From the IMG/VR virus record IMGVR_UViG_3300028025_000089: a DNA stretch of 64,000 nt; one strand, 5' to 3'. The position numbers and the translations under genes are program-made. This DNA is from a virus (Duplodnaviria; Caudoviricetes). Every line of letters starts with the position of its first letter. The stretch's first letter is position 1. This document shows positions 30,208 through 40,764 of the stretch, piece by piece. The notes beneath the pieces were generated by a model. That model saw only the letters and a list, made by a program, of their open reading frames with translations, did no database searches and was not told the origin of the DNA.

Positions 30208-32637
30208 ATGTCATTAAAAATAAATAAAAGAGACGGCGAATCGGCATCTTTTAACCCTCAGAAAATTTATCAAAGAGTTAAAAGAGCCGCGAAAGGTCTA
30301 AACGTAAATTCAGATGAAATTTTCATCAAAGTTATTACTTCGGTTCCGACTGAAGGGGAAGTAACAACAAAAGAGTTAGATAAGTTAATCTATGAAATTG
30401 CTGCAGCATATACGGGAAGTCATTATGACTATTCTAAATTGGCGGCTCATGTTGCAATTTCATCATACCATAAAGAAACAAATGATAGTTTTTCAGAAAC
30501 TATGATGGTTCTTTACGAAGATGGTATTATTAACGAAAAACTAATGGAAACCATTAAAGAATATGGTGAAGATACTATCGACGCGGCTATCAACCACGAA
30601 AATGATTACAACTTTGATTATTTTGCTTGGAGATCTTTACAAGAAATGTATTTGTTGAAAAGACCTAATGGTAGAGTTATTGAAAGACCACAACACATGT
30701 ATATGAGAGTTGCTCTTTGGGTTACAAATAATTTAACTGAGGCTTTGGAATACTATAACTCACTTTCAAATCAGTTAATTTCTAAAGCAACACCAATTAT
30801 GATCAATTCAGGAACAAAAGTTCCTCAGTTGGCATCTTGTGTTCTTCACTATAACAATTCAGATTCAAGACAAGGATTGTTGGATACTTTAAATGATATA
30901 TCAACTTTTTCTTCTGACGCTGCGGGTATTGGTTTATCAATGTCTAACATTAGAAGTAAAGAAAGTCGAATTACAACTTCAGGTGGTTATGCTGGAGGTC
31001 TTTTAAAGTATTTGAAAATTGTTAATGAGTCTCTTAGATTCTTTAATCAACAAGGAAGAAGACCGGGAAGTGCCGCGATTTATTTAGAGCCATGGCATAA
31101 AGATATTATTGATCTTCTTGAAATAAAAAAGAACACAGGTGCTGAAGAACTTAGAGCTCGTGATTTATTTACAGCAGTTTGGATACCTGATAACTTCATG
31201 AGAGCCGTTAAAAACAATTCAGATTGGTATTTGTTTTGTCCAAATGATATAGTAAAAGCAGGACTAAAACCACTACAAGAATGTTATGGTGATGAATATG
31301 AAACAAACTATAATAAAGCTGTTAGTTTAGGTCTTGGAAAGAAAATTAAAGCACAAGATATATGGACAAAAATCATTGAGTCTCAAGTTGAAACTGGTGT
31401 TCCGTATTTATGTTCTAAAGATAGTGCCAATAGAAAGTCAAACCATCAAAATATTGGTGTAATTAAACAATCTAATTTGTGTAATGAGATTTACCAATAT
31501 ACAGATGAAAAGACCACAGCGATTTGCACTTTGTCATCTATGGTTTTGAAAAACTTTGTTGTTAATAATAAATTTGATTTTGAATTATTATTTTCTGAAG
31601 TTAGAAAAGTTGTTCGTTCATTAAATAAAGTTATTGAAATAAACAACTATTCTACTGAGAAAGGAAGAAAAGGTGGATTAGAACAAAGAGCGATTGCAAT
31701 TGGAACACAAGGATTGGCAGACGTGTTTTATCTTATGGATTATATCTTTACGTCTGAAGAAGCTCGAAAGTTAAATAAAGACATTTTTGAAACCATTTAT
31801 TACGCAGCTATCTATGAAAGTAATCAGTTATGTATGAATGGTAATTATGAACCATATACTTTCTTTGAAGGATCACCGATGTCAAAAGGAGAATTCCAAT
31901 TTGATATGTGGGGATTGAATGAGTCACAACTTTCAGGAATGTGGGATTGGAACAAGTTAAAAAATAGCGTGTCTCAGTATGGTGTTTGTAATTCATTATT
32001 CACAGCACAAATGCCCGTGGCATCTTCAGCCAAAATCACAGGTTCATTTGAAATGACAGAACCAGCTCACTCAGCGTTATTTAACCGACGAGTAGTTGGG
32101 GGTGAAATTTTAATTGTGAATAAATACTTAATTAACGACTTTGAAAAAATTGGAATATGGTCAGAAGACTTGAAGAATGAAATCATCTTCAACGAAGGGT
32201 CAATTCAAAATATCAATTTTAATAATTATTTAGATCCTGAAGATAAAAACTATAATAAGAAAGTTAAACGAATTGAGCATTTAATTCCTAAGTATAAAAC
32301 GATTTGGGAAATCTCACAAAGAGAATTAATTGATATGGCATCCGAAAGAGCACCATTTATTGATCAATCACAGTCGATGAATATCTATATGGCAAATCCA
32401 ACTTTATCAAAAATTACCTCATCACATTTTCACTCTTGGGAAAAAGGTTTGAAGACACTTTGTTATTATGTTAGAACTAAGGCAATATCGACAGGAGCAA
32501 AACACTTGGCAATGGATATATCAAAAAAAGAAAAACCAAGAGTAACTCCTGAACCACCGAAAGTTGACTATTCTCACTTAAACTTACCACCAAAACCAAA
32601 CAATTCTGATTTTGAATGTTTTGGGTGTTCTTCATAG
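30208..32637 (+). CDS. nrdA: Ribonucleotide reductase class Ia alpha subunit with ATP cone
   Basis: N-terminal ATP cone, SNLCNEI, CTLSS, MP.ASS, LCYYVR, C-terminal CFGCSS; no intein-sized insertion. Confidence 0.97.
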   Translation: MSLKINKRDGESASFNPQKIYQRVKRAAKGLNVNSDEIFIKVITSVPTEGEVTTKELDKLIYEIAAAYTGSHYDYSKLAAHVAISSYHKETNDSFSETMMVLYEDGIINEKLMETIKEYGEDTIDAAINHENDYNFDYFAWRSLQEMYLLKRPNGRVIERPQHMYMRVALWVTNNLTEALEYYNSLSNQLISKATPIMINSGTKVPQLASCVLHYNNSDSRQGLLDTLNDISTFSSDAAGIGLSMSNIRSKESRITTSGGYAGGLLKYLKIVNESLRFFNQQGRRPGSAAIYLEPWHKDIIDLLEIKKNTGAEELRARDLFTAVWIPDNFMRAVKNNSDWYLFCPNDIVKAGLKPLQECYGDEYETNYNKAVSLGLGKKIKAQDIWTKIIESQVETGVPYLCSKDSANRKSNHQNIGVIKQSNLCNEIYQYTDEKTTAICTLSSMVLKNFVVNNKFDFELLFSEVRKVVRSLNKVIEINNYSTEKGRKGGLEQRAIAIGTQGLADVFYLMDYIFTSEEARKLNKDIFETIYYAAIYESNQLCMNGNYEPYTFFEGSPMSKGEFQFDMWGLNESQLSGMWDWNKLKNSVSQYGVCNSLFTAQMPVASSAKITGSFEMTEPAHSALFNRRVVGGEILIVNKYLINDFEKIGIWSEDLKNEIIFNEGSIQNINFNNYLDPEDKNYNKKVKRIEHLIPKYKTIWEISQRELIDMASERAPFIDQSQSMNIYMANPTLSKITSSHFHSWEKGLKTLCYYVRTKAISTGAKHLAMDISKKEKPRVTPEPPKVDYSHLNLPPKPNNSDFECFGCSS

Positions 32638-32662
32638 GACAAAAACAAATACCCAATGTGTT

Positions 32663-32687
32663 ATCCCGAGCTAGGTCGGGATTTTTT
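32663..32687 (+). terminator. Rho-independent terminator after nrdA
   Basis: ATCCCGA-GCTAGG-TCGGGAT plus a T-run. Confidence 0.8.
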
Positions 32688-32724
32688 ATTTATAGTATTT
32701 TTTACTTAAAAAAAACCTAACTTA

Positions 32725-32731
32725 TATTTAT
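32725..32731 (+). promoter_or_regulatory. TATTTAT motif upstream of the gp25-like gene (another copy at 32687-32693)
   Basis: 7 nt upstream of the ATG at 32739. Confidence 0.5.
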
Positions 32732-32738
32732 ATGTGAT

Positions 32739-33197
32739 ATGGCAAATGGTATAACTTATGGTATTTCTTTTCCTTTTGTAGATTCTTTTACGGGAAGATA
32801 TTTAGATGTGACCAATTCAACTGAAGGTGAAATAAGGTCAAGCTTAGTTCATTTAATTTTAACAAGAAAAGGATCAAGATATTTTCTACCTGATTTTGGA
32901 ACAAGACTTTATGAATTTATTTTTGAACCATTAGACGGACCAACTTTTTCTGATATAGAGGCAGAGATCAAAAGTAGTGTTGGAACATACATGCCAAATT
33001 TACAAATCACTAACATATCTGTTGAACCAGGTTCTGCTGGTTTAGAAGACAAAGGTTATACGGTAAATAAAAATGGAGAAAGAGAGTTTCGTGTTACAAA
33101 CATCGGAACATTAGAACATACGGCAAAAATCAAAATAGATTATAGAATAACAGATTCGGCTTTTGAATCGAGTGATTTTATTATTATCAATATTTAA
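32739..33197 (+). CDS. Baseplate wedge/sheath initiator (gp25-like)
   Basis: I.S.L..LILT.KGSR.F.PDFGT.L....FEP. Confidence 0.92.
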   Translation: MANGITYGISFPFVDSFTGRYLDVTNSTEGEIRSSLVHLILTRKGSRYFLPDFGTRLYEFIFEPLDGPTFSDIEAEIKSSVGTYMPNLQITNISVEPGSAGLEDKGYTVNKNGEREFRVTNIGTLEHTAKIKIDYRITDSAFESSDFIIINI

Positions 33198-33203
33198 TAT
33201 TAT

Positions 33204-35045
33204 ATGGCAGAAAAAAAGATTTCATATACAGTAAGGGACTTTCAAGGAGTTAGAACCGAGTTAATTAATTTTACAAGAACTTATTATCCTGATTTAGTTC
33301 AAAACTTTAACGATGCCGGTATTTTCTCGGTAATGTTAGATATGAATGCTGCGGTAACAGATAATTTAAATTATCAAATTGATAGGAGTATTCAAGAAAC
33401 CGTATTACAATTTGCACAACAAAAAAATTCAGTATATAATATTGCTAGAACTTATGGTCTTAAAGTTCCGGGACAAAGACCATCGGTTGCGTTGATTGAC
33501 TTTTCAATCACGGTTCCTGCTTTTGGTGATAGAGAAGATTTAAGATATTGTGGTATTCTACGAAGAGGATCACAAGTTAATGGTGGTGGACAACCATTTG
33601 AAACCGTTTATGATATTGATTTCGCATCACCAATAAATGCCGAAGGATCTCCAAACAGAGTTAAAATACCTAACTTCGATTCAAGTGGTAAATTATTGAA
33701 TTATACAATCATTAAAAGAGAAGTTGTTGTTAATGGTATAACAAAAGTATATAAAAGAGTTATTACACCAAATGATTCTAAACCATATTTAGAATTATTT
33801 TTACCTGAAAAAAATGTTTTAGGAATTACAAGTGTATTATTAAAACCGGGAACACAATACTCCACAATACCTAATCCACAAGACTTTTTAATATTAGGTC
33901 AAGAAAGATGGTTTGAGGTTGACGCATTGGTTCAAGATAGAGTATTTGTTGAAGACCCAACTAAAACATCTGATCAACCTGGAATTAAGGTTGGAGCATA
34001 CATCACAACAACAAACAAGTTTATTTCTGAATATACACCTGAAGGTTTCTGTAAAATGACTTTTGGTGGTGGAAATATATCCGCTGATGAACAATTAAGA
34101 CAATTTGCGATTGATGGAAAAGGTTTTGATTTAAGTAGATATACTAACAATTACGCGATGGGAGCGGCTCTTCCACCAAATACAACATTATTCGTTCAGT
34201 ATAGAATTGGTGGTGGATTATCAAGTAATTTGGGTATTAACACAATTAACCAAGTTGGAACTGTGTCATTTGCCGTTAATGGACCATCTGATAGTGTAAA
34301 CCGAAGTGTAATCAATAGTTTACAATGTAATAACGTAACTGCGGCAATTGGAGGGGCAAACCCACCAACAACCGAAGATGTTAGAAACATGGTTTCATTT
34401 AACTTTGCCGCACAAAAAAGAGCGGTAACCGTAAATGACTATGATTCTATTATTAGAACAATGCCATCTCAGTTCGGAGCACCTGCTAAAGTTGCAATTA
34501 CAGAAGAAAATAATAAAATTAGAATTAAAATGTTGTCTTATGATACGACAGGAACATTAACAAATGTTGTGTCTAATACTTTAAAACAAAATGTTGCAAA
34601 TTATCTATCTAACTATAGAATGATAAATGATTACATATCAATTGAATCTGCAGATATCATTGACTTGGCGGTTACGGTAGATGTTGTATTAGATAATAGT
34701 CAAAATCAAGGAGCAATAATTTCTAAAACAATTCAAATAGTTGGAGACTTCTTTAATCCTTTAGTTAGACAATTAGGGCAAAATGTTAATATCTCTGAGC
34801 TTAGAAGATTAATACAAGCTGAAAATGGTATTGTTAGTATATCTGACATTTCATTCTTCAATCAAGTCGGAGGTCAATATTCATCAGCACAAACATCAAT
34901 GCCATATTCAGATCCTGCAACAAGACAAATCCAACCAACGGCAGATACTTTGTTCGCAACACCAACACAAATATACCAAGTAAGGTATCCAAACAAAGAT
35001 ATTAATATTAGAGTTTTGAACTTAAAATCAGTCAATTTCTCTTAG
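33204..35045 (+). CDS. Baseplate wedge protein (gp6/gpJ-like)
   Basis: Y..RDF...R.EL, QYR.GGG, GGA..PT.E..R, QKRAVT..DY. Confidence 0.9.
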   Translation: MAEKKISYTVRDFQGVRTELINFTRTYYPDLVQNFNDAGIFSVMLDMNAAVTDNLNYQIDRSIQETVLQFAQQKNSVYNIARTYGLKVPGQRPSVALIDFSITVPAFGDREDLRYCGILRRGSQVNGGGQPFETVYDIDFASPINAEGSPNRVKIPNFDSSGKLLNYTIIKREVVVNGITKVYKRVITPNDSKPYLELFLPEKNVLGITSVLLKPGTQYSTIPNPQDFLILGQERWFEVDALVQDRVFVEDPTKTSDQPGIKVGAYITTTNKFISEYTPEGFCKMTFGGGNISADEQLRQFAIDGKGFDLSRYTNNYAMGAALPPNTTLFVQYRIGGGLSSNLGINTINQVGTVSFAVNGPSDSVNRSVINSLQCNNVTAAIGGANPPTTEDVRNMVSFNFAAQKRAVTVNDYDSIIRTMPSQFGAPAKVAITEENNKIRIKMLSYDTTGTLTNVVSNTLKQNVANYLSNYRMINDYISIESADIIDLAVTVDVVLDNSQNQGAIISKTIQIVGDFFNPLVRQLGQNVNISELRRLIQAENGIVSISDISFFNQVGGQYSSAQTSMPYSDPATRQIQPTADTLFATPTQIYQVRYPNKDINIRVLNLKSVNFS

Positions 35046-35096
35046 AGATTTATTTTTTTCAAAATAGAATTATTTTTATCAAAATAGGAAATAAAC

Positions 35097-35103
35097 TATT
35101 TAT
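35097..35103 (+). promoter_or_regulatory. TATTTAT motif
   Basis: 18 nt upstream of the ATG at 35122. Confidence 0.55.
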
Positions 35104-35121
35104 GAAAAAACTGATTTTTTA

Positions 35122-38100
35122 ATGCCAAAATCGTATAGAATAAGAACCGAAGTCGGTCAAGACAAATATATAAATGTAAATTTAGAACAAGATTGGGAAT
35201 CTTTAGAGATACTATCTTTAAAGATATTAGCCAACGATCTTTATACTAGATTTTGTGCTGACTACGGTGTTGTAGTCGGTCGAGTTTTTGTAAACAATGG
35301 ATTTGGTCTTCCAAATGCCAAAGTTTCCGTCTTCATACCATTGGAAGAGGCGGATGAATTAAACCCTGTAATTTCTGAACTATATCCGTATAAGAGTATA
35401 ACGGACACTAATGAGGAAGGGTATAGATATAACTTATTACCTAAATTACCATCTTATAACGGACATACATCGACAGGTTCATTTCCGAACAAGGCAGATG
35501 TTCTAATGGATAATTCTTATATTGAGGTATATGATAAGTATTATCGTTTCACTGTAACAACAAATGAAAGTGGTGACTTTATGATCTTTGGTGTTCCTGT
35601 TGGAACTCAAACAATCGTAATGGATGTTGACTTATCTGATATTGGTTGTTTTTCTTTGGCACCACAAGATTTAATACAACAAGGTTTAGCAACTGAAACT
35701 CAAGTTAATGGGGCAAGATTTAAATCATCTACAAACCTTAGAGAATTACCACAAATTAAAAATTTGGTATTTGATGTTGATGTTCGTCCTTTTTGGGGTG
35801 ACGCTGAGTTATGTCAAGTTGGTATTACAAGAGTTGATTTTGATTTAACTAAACAAGCAAATATCAATATACAACCAACCGCCATATTCATGGGATCAAT
35901 CATATCAACAACAGATGATGATGCGTTGAAAGTAAAATGTAAACCAAAAAATAACACAGGAAATCTTTGTGAATTAGTTGCAGGACCTGGTGAAATACAA
36001 GCAATTAGACAAACAATATATTCTGACGATAACGGACTTCCTATTTTAGAGAGATACCAAATAGAACAAGAAGGAAAGGTTATTGATGGAGATGGGACAT
36101 ACTTATTAAATGTCCCAATGAATTTGGATTATGTATTCACTAATGAATTTGGTCAACAAGTCATATCAAATGATCCGACAAAGGGTATACCCACAAAAGG
36201 AAAATACAGATTCAAGTTTAAATGGCAAAACGAACAAGGGCTTCAAGGGAGTTTTCTTAGAGCGGACTTTTTAGTTCCAAATGTTAAAGAATATGGGTGG
36301 GTTAATTCAAATACAGATCCTTTTGATCCTAATAACGCAGGAACATATAACTACACATTGGCTGCGGGACAGATTTCAGGATTTACGGCCGTTATTCCAC
36401 AGAATGTTGGTTTCGCGAGCCCACAAACAACAAACGTAGAATCATATCAAATATTAATTAACGGTCAAGTTTATTTAGGAAGTATTGAATCAATACAACT
36501 TAATGCGGGAGATCAGTTTCAGATTATCGCAACACCAGTTAATCCATCATCACCTCAATCAATTTCATTCACATCATACCCTCAAGATTTATTTGATGTG
36601 TATAAATCATATGCGTTTAGCACCGATTGGGATGATTATGCTAATACTCAAGATGCCATAGATTGTGAAGATACTTTTTATGAATTCAAATACAATAAAG
36701 TTTATACAACCGCAATGTTTTTGGATCGATATAAAAATGGAATCGGTAGGGCAAAACATTTGGGTATTAAAGAAATTGATAATAGAAGTTGTAAATCAAC
36801 AGTTAATACTTTTCCTGTAAACGATATTATTAGAAATTTCGATTTTATATTTTTTGTTTTTAATATTTTAATAAACATTTTAACTTTTCCGATATTAACT
36901 CTTTTATTTGTTGCACATTTAATCGCACTTCTATGGCCTGTTCTTAAATATCTTTTATTATTTTTAGGACCACTTATTGTATATTTTGGTGTTTCTGCTG
37001 GTATTGATTTAGGATATTATATATTAAGTTTAACTAACGTAACGGCAGTTGGTCCTGTAATATCACCAGCAACTGTTTTACAGATTATTGCTCAAGGAGC
37101 TAAAGTCTTATTTTTAACCGCGGCAGGATTGGCCTTCACATACTTTTATACAAAGTTTTTTATTAATAATACCGCAAATGGTAGAATAGATAACTTCCCA
37201 AGAATAGGTTTACCTATGATTGCATACCCTGACTGTACTAGTTGTGATTGTGAGTGTGGAAATGCAAGTTTAGATGATGATTTTGATGCTAATACGATAC
37301 AACAAGATATACAAGAGGCTCAGAATGGTTTGAGTGGTGGTGGCACAGGTAGTTATGATTTAGAAACAACGCAACCAAGTTCATTAATCGCACCATTAAA
37401 CACACCACAATCGTATAGTGTGTCACACCCCAACTTAGAATTAAATTCAAATGGAGATGAACCGTTTGATTGTGGATTTGGGTTTGGCGGTAAGTTTGAG
37501 TCATTTACAACATTAATTGGAAACGACGATGTTTCTAGTGACGTTGTTGTAAGGGCTGTTTTAGATTTCCAAAGAATGTTTTCAGGTTATGATGTATTAA
37601 GTTCAACAGACCCAAACAAATATATACAAAACGAAGCGTATTTGTTAAAAGCACCACAACCGTTTTTATTTTCCGCTAAGAAAAATGGGAACAATCCTGC
37701 CGATAGTAGATTTTTTGCATTCCCAACTTCAGTAACCTTGGCTCAAAAATTAAATGAGTTCAATACGAGAGATAAATATTTTTATAAAAATACATCTAAT
37801 ACTCCGAACACGGGTATTAATAAAATTAAAACTTGGGTTAACCCCACTATCAATAATTTATCAACGGCGTATTTAGATCAAGTTGTTGTTGTTTTAATGA
37901 ATCCAGGAACTACGGCAACATTGGGGGTTGGTAATTTAATTACTTTTCAAGATCCCACTTTTACAGGAACCTCATCAACTAATAGATTGGTAAACTTAAC
38001 AGGGGCAACAACAAACCAATTTAGTAATAATGCGATTACAGGAACAACAATAACAGGAACTACATCTGTTACTGTGACATATGCCAATCCATCCAACCCA

Positions 38101-40764
38101 AGTGGGGGAATACCAACAACCTTTGATATAATTTCACCGCAAGTAAGTCAAATTGCTGACCCAACAAACCCATCAGTCGAACAATCATATTTGCAATATG
38201 CAACCGACATAGAATATTTCCAACTTATAACTGGTATGACATATTCTGATTTTAACTCAATGGATGTTAATACGAGTGGTTATTTCCCTGAAACATTTTT
38301 ACGACACAACATAGATTATATTAGACCTAATTGTAATTTAAATGGGTTTATACAAGAAACTTATAGTGATGTGATAACATTCATGAGTGATTACCAAAAT
38401 TATGAAGTTTGTATTTTTGTTAGAGGTGTTGATCCGTTTACCGCTAAACAAACTATAAAATATGACTTATCACATATTTTTGGATATACAACACTAAACC
38501 AACAAGTAACAGTAGAAGGTGAATATTATTTGAATATCCCAATCCAACCTAATCAAATTAAACCACAGTCACATAACACCGTAAACAATAGTAATGCGAT
38601 TTTATATCACCCGTCTTATACATTTACGATTGACCCATCAAATTACACTGGATTTACATCTGAATTACCATATTATTACTTAAGCACCGATGATACATTG
38701 TCGTCACTATATACTCCCGTTCCATCTTTGTGGAGTAGTAATGCGAATAGCACTATAAGTTTAAACCAAACACTTATTAATGGGTCTAATATGCCGTTAT
38801 TACCACCATTTTCTTTCTATACTGTTGGTGGAACATATTTTAGATGGAATAGTGGAACAAACTATACCTTACCAACTAATATTCCACCAACACAGTTGTT
38901 TACTCAAGGAAATAGTTCAGGTTGTAATCAAGATTGTCAAAAACAACAATACTATAATCACCCATCTGCTGGAGGTAGTGGTAATGGACCTTATTTTACA
39001 TCTCAAGCGGCTTTAACGGCAACATACTCACCAGCGTACTATAGATATTCTTTATCTGGGGTTAACTTCTCGAACTCAAATAATATTGTAATGAGAAGTG
39101 ATAGACTACCAACATCAACAGGGACTCAAAATGGTGCCGGACCACAAACAGGTTTTGGTCTTCATCAAAACGATAACTTTACAATTTATGCTCCTGGCGG
39201 TAATAATGCCCCACCACAGATTTTTGCTGGAGGTGATTTGGCAAATGGTGAGTCTTTTGATTTAGATCCAAATACAGACGCATTAACAAGCACTTTAACT
39301 TGTGAGGGTATGGTTCCGTTGGCATGTTATTCTGGTTCAGGACAAAACGTTGGTGTATTACCATCAAGTTTATGTTCAGTTCCAGCAAACAGAATGATTA
39401 ATGGTTGTTATTGTTTACTTAACAAAAAATATGTTAAAGAGTATGGCGATGACGTTAGATTATTTTTAGAATGGAAAGTTCGTTTTACAATGAACTTTGC
39501 TGCGTGTAGAGGGGTATTTGCTCAAGTGTTTCAAAACAATTGGGTTAATGGTGTTTTATATATGTTTAATTTTAATAAACAAACCACTTTCAATATTCAG
39601 GCACAACCAAATTATGATTATTGTCAAGATGTAATTTTATATAATGACATATCAAATACTTTCTATTATAGATCTTCGCCATGGAATGAAAACACACAAC
39701 AATTCGTTGGTAAAAATTCACCTGCCGCTAATCCAAATTTACCTCAAAGTTTTTTAGATTTTCCTGGACTTGGATATAATCAAAAACAAATTCAGTTCCC
39801 AACAACCGTTGTGGATTTAGGACCAAGAGATTATTTTATTAATGAAATCTGTTGTTCGGGTATTGATGGTTTTGGTTCATATTATGCCGATCAATTAAAA
39901 TCTACATCATACCAAGATAATTCAGACATAATCCAATTAGGATTTTTATCTCGAATACTAAATGAAGGTGTAAGACAAAGAATTTTACCAATATCAAATG
40001 GTGGTAATAATAGTGAAGGAAAAGGGATCATTCAATTTTTTAATAGCACACGAGGTGGTTATAGAATTGATGGAGACTGGTCACAAATGTTATCAATCAA
40101 TTCAGAGTGGAAAGTTTCACCTTTCATAACTGAAAACATACCAGCACCTAACTACATCTATTTTGGTGATAACAATAATGGAACAAACCAATACTCAGGT
40201 AATGATATAAAACCAATAATGGGATTATTTTTCTCTTCAAATACTAATGAAGAAAGATATAGAAAAATAATGTCACCGGGAATTGAAACATATAGTTTTA
40301 ATCCTCTTATTGAAGAAAAATTTGGATATTCTAAATCTCAAGAAGTTCCAAATTATAGATGGACAATATCTTTACCACAAAATTCTGCTGGAACACCTAA
40401 CATATTTGGATCTGAGGATAATAATTGGTATACAGATACTTTAATTTTAACAGGACAAACAGGGTTTGGATTTACAAAAAAAAGATATCAAGACTTAGAT
40501 TTTACATCACCACAAGAAAAATACATAACACCAACAACTAAATTTGGTTTTATATCAAACTTTTTAAATAACAACCCTAACCCAAGTTCTGCGGGGGTTA
40601 TTCAAGGACAACCTGTTCCTGTTTCATCACAAGGAATCCCAACTAATCAAGATGCGCTTCAATCGGTTGTTGTTGGGGCTCCATACCACTTCTACTTTGG
40701 TTTAAATAATGGAAAAACGGCAATCAATCGTTTTTATAAACTTTACGTAGCAACAGGAGAATAA
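35122..40764 (+). CDS. Large putative virion protein (1880 aa) with an N-terminal carboxypeptidase-regulatory-like beta-sandwich and an internal multi-TM segment
   Basis: GVVVGRV....GLPNAKVSVF...TNESGDFMIFGVP; strongly hydrophobic block at about 36838-37167; lies in the baseplate operon. Confidence 0.6.
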   Translation: MPKSYRIRTEVGQDKYINVNLEQDWESLEILSLKILANDLYTRFCADYGVVVGRVFVNNGFGLPNAKVSVFIPLEEADELNPVISELYPYKSITDTNEEGYRYNLLPKLPSYNGHTSTGSFPNKADVLMDNSYIEVYDKYYRFTVTTNESGDFMIFGVPVGTQTIVMDVDLSDIGCFSLAPQDLIQQGLATETQVNGARFKSSTNLRELPQIKNLVFDVDVRPFWGDAELCQVGITRVDFDLTKQANINIQPTAIFMGSIISTTDDDALKVKCKPKNNTGNLCELVAGPGEIQAIRQTIYSDDNGLPILERYQIEQEGKVIDGDGTYLLNVPMNLDYVFTNEFGQQVISNDPTKGIPTKGKYRFKFKWQNEQGLQGSFLRADFLVPNVKEYGWVNSNTDPFDPNNAGTYNYTLAAGQISGFTAVIPQNVGFASPQTTNVESYQILINGQVYLGSIESIQLNAGDQFQIIATPVNPSSPQSISFTSYPQDLFDVYKSYAFSTDWDDYANTQDAIDCEDTFYEFKYNKVYTTAMFLDRYKNGIGRAKHLGIKEIDNRSCKSTVNTFPVNDIIRNFDFIFFVFNILINILTFPILTLLFVAHLIALLWPVLKYLLLFLGPLIVYFGVSAGIDLGYYILSLTNVTAVGPVISPATVLQIIAQGAKVLFLTAAGLAFTYFYTKFFINNTANGRIDNFPRIGLPMIAYPDCTSCDCECGNASLDDDFDANTIQQDIQEAQNGLSGGGTGSYDLETTQPSSLIAPLNTPQSYSVSHPNLELNSNGDEPFDCGFGFGGKFESFTTLIGNDDVSSDVVVRAVLDFQRMFSGYDVLSSTDPNKYIQNEAYLLKAPQPFLFSAKKNGNNPADSRFFAFPTSVTLAQKLNEFNTRDKYFYKNTSNTPNTGINKIKTWVNPTINNLSTAYLDQVVVVLMNPGTTATLGVGNLITFQDPTFTGTSSTNRLVNLTGATTNQFSNNAITGTTITGTTSVTVTYANPSNPSGGIPTTFDIISPQVSQIADPTNPSVEQSYLQYATDIEYFQLITGMTYSDFNSMDVNTSGYFPETFLRHNIDYIRPNCNLNGFIQETYSDVITFMSDYQNYEVCIFVRGVDPFTAKQTIKYDLSHIFGYTTLNQQVTVEGEYYLNIPIQPNQIKPQSHNTVNNSNAILYHPSYTFTIDPSNYTGFTSELPYYYLSTDDTLSSLYTPVPSLWSSNANSTISLNQTLINGSNMPLLPPFSFYTVGGTYFRWNSGTNYTLPTNIPPTQLFTQGNSSGCNQDCQKQQYYNHPSAGGSGNGPYFTSQAALTATYSPAYYRYSLSGVNFSNSNNIVMRSDRLPTSTGTQNGAGPQTGFGLHQNDNFTIYAPGGNNAPPQIFAGGDLANGESFDLDPNTDALTSTLTCEGMVPLACYSGSGQNVGVLPSSLCSVPANRMINGCYCLLNKKYVKEYGDDVRLFLEWKVRFTMNFAACRGVFAQVFQNNWVNGVLYMFNFNKQTTFNIQAQPNYDYCQDVILYNDISNTFYYRSSPWNENTQQFVGKNSPAANPNLPQSFLDFPGLGYNQKQIQFPTTVVDLGPRDYFINEICCSGIDGFGSYYADQLKSTSYQDNSDIIQLGFLSRILNEGVRQRILPISNGGNNSEGKGIIQFFNSTRGGYRIDGDWSQMLSINSEWKVSPFITENIPAPNYIYFGDNNNGTNQYSGNDIKPIMGLFFSSNTNEERYRKIMSPGIETYSFNPLIEEKFGYSKSQEVPNYRWTISLPQNSAGTPNIFGSEDNNWYTDTLILTGQTGFGFTKKRYQDLDFTSPQEKYITPTTKFGFISNFLNNNPNPSSAGVIQGQPVPVSSQGIPTNQDALQSVVVGAPYHFYFGLNNGKTAINRFYKLYVATGE

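Noticed and set aside
25322-32637. Inteins or introns in recA, helicase, nrdB or nrdA
   Set aside because: Lengths are normal, with no C/S...HN splice motifs, homing-endonuclease motifs or ORF interruptions seen.
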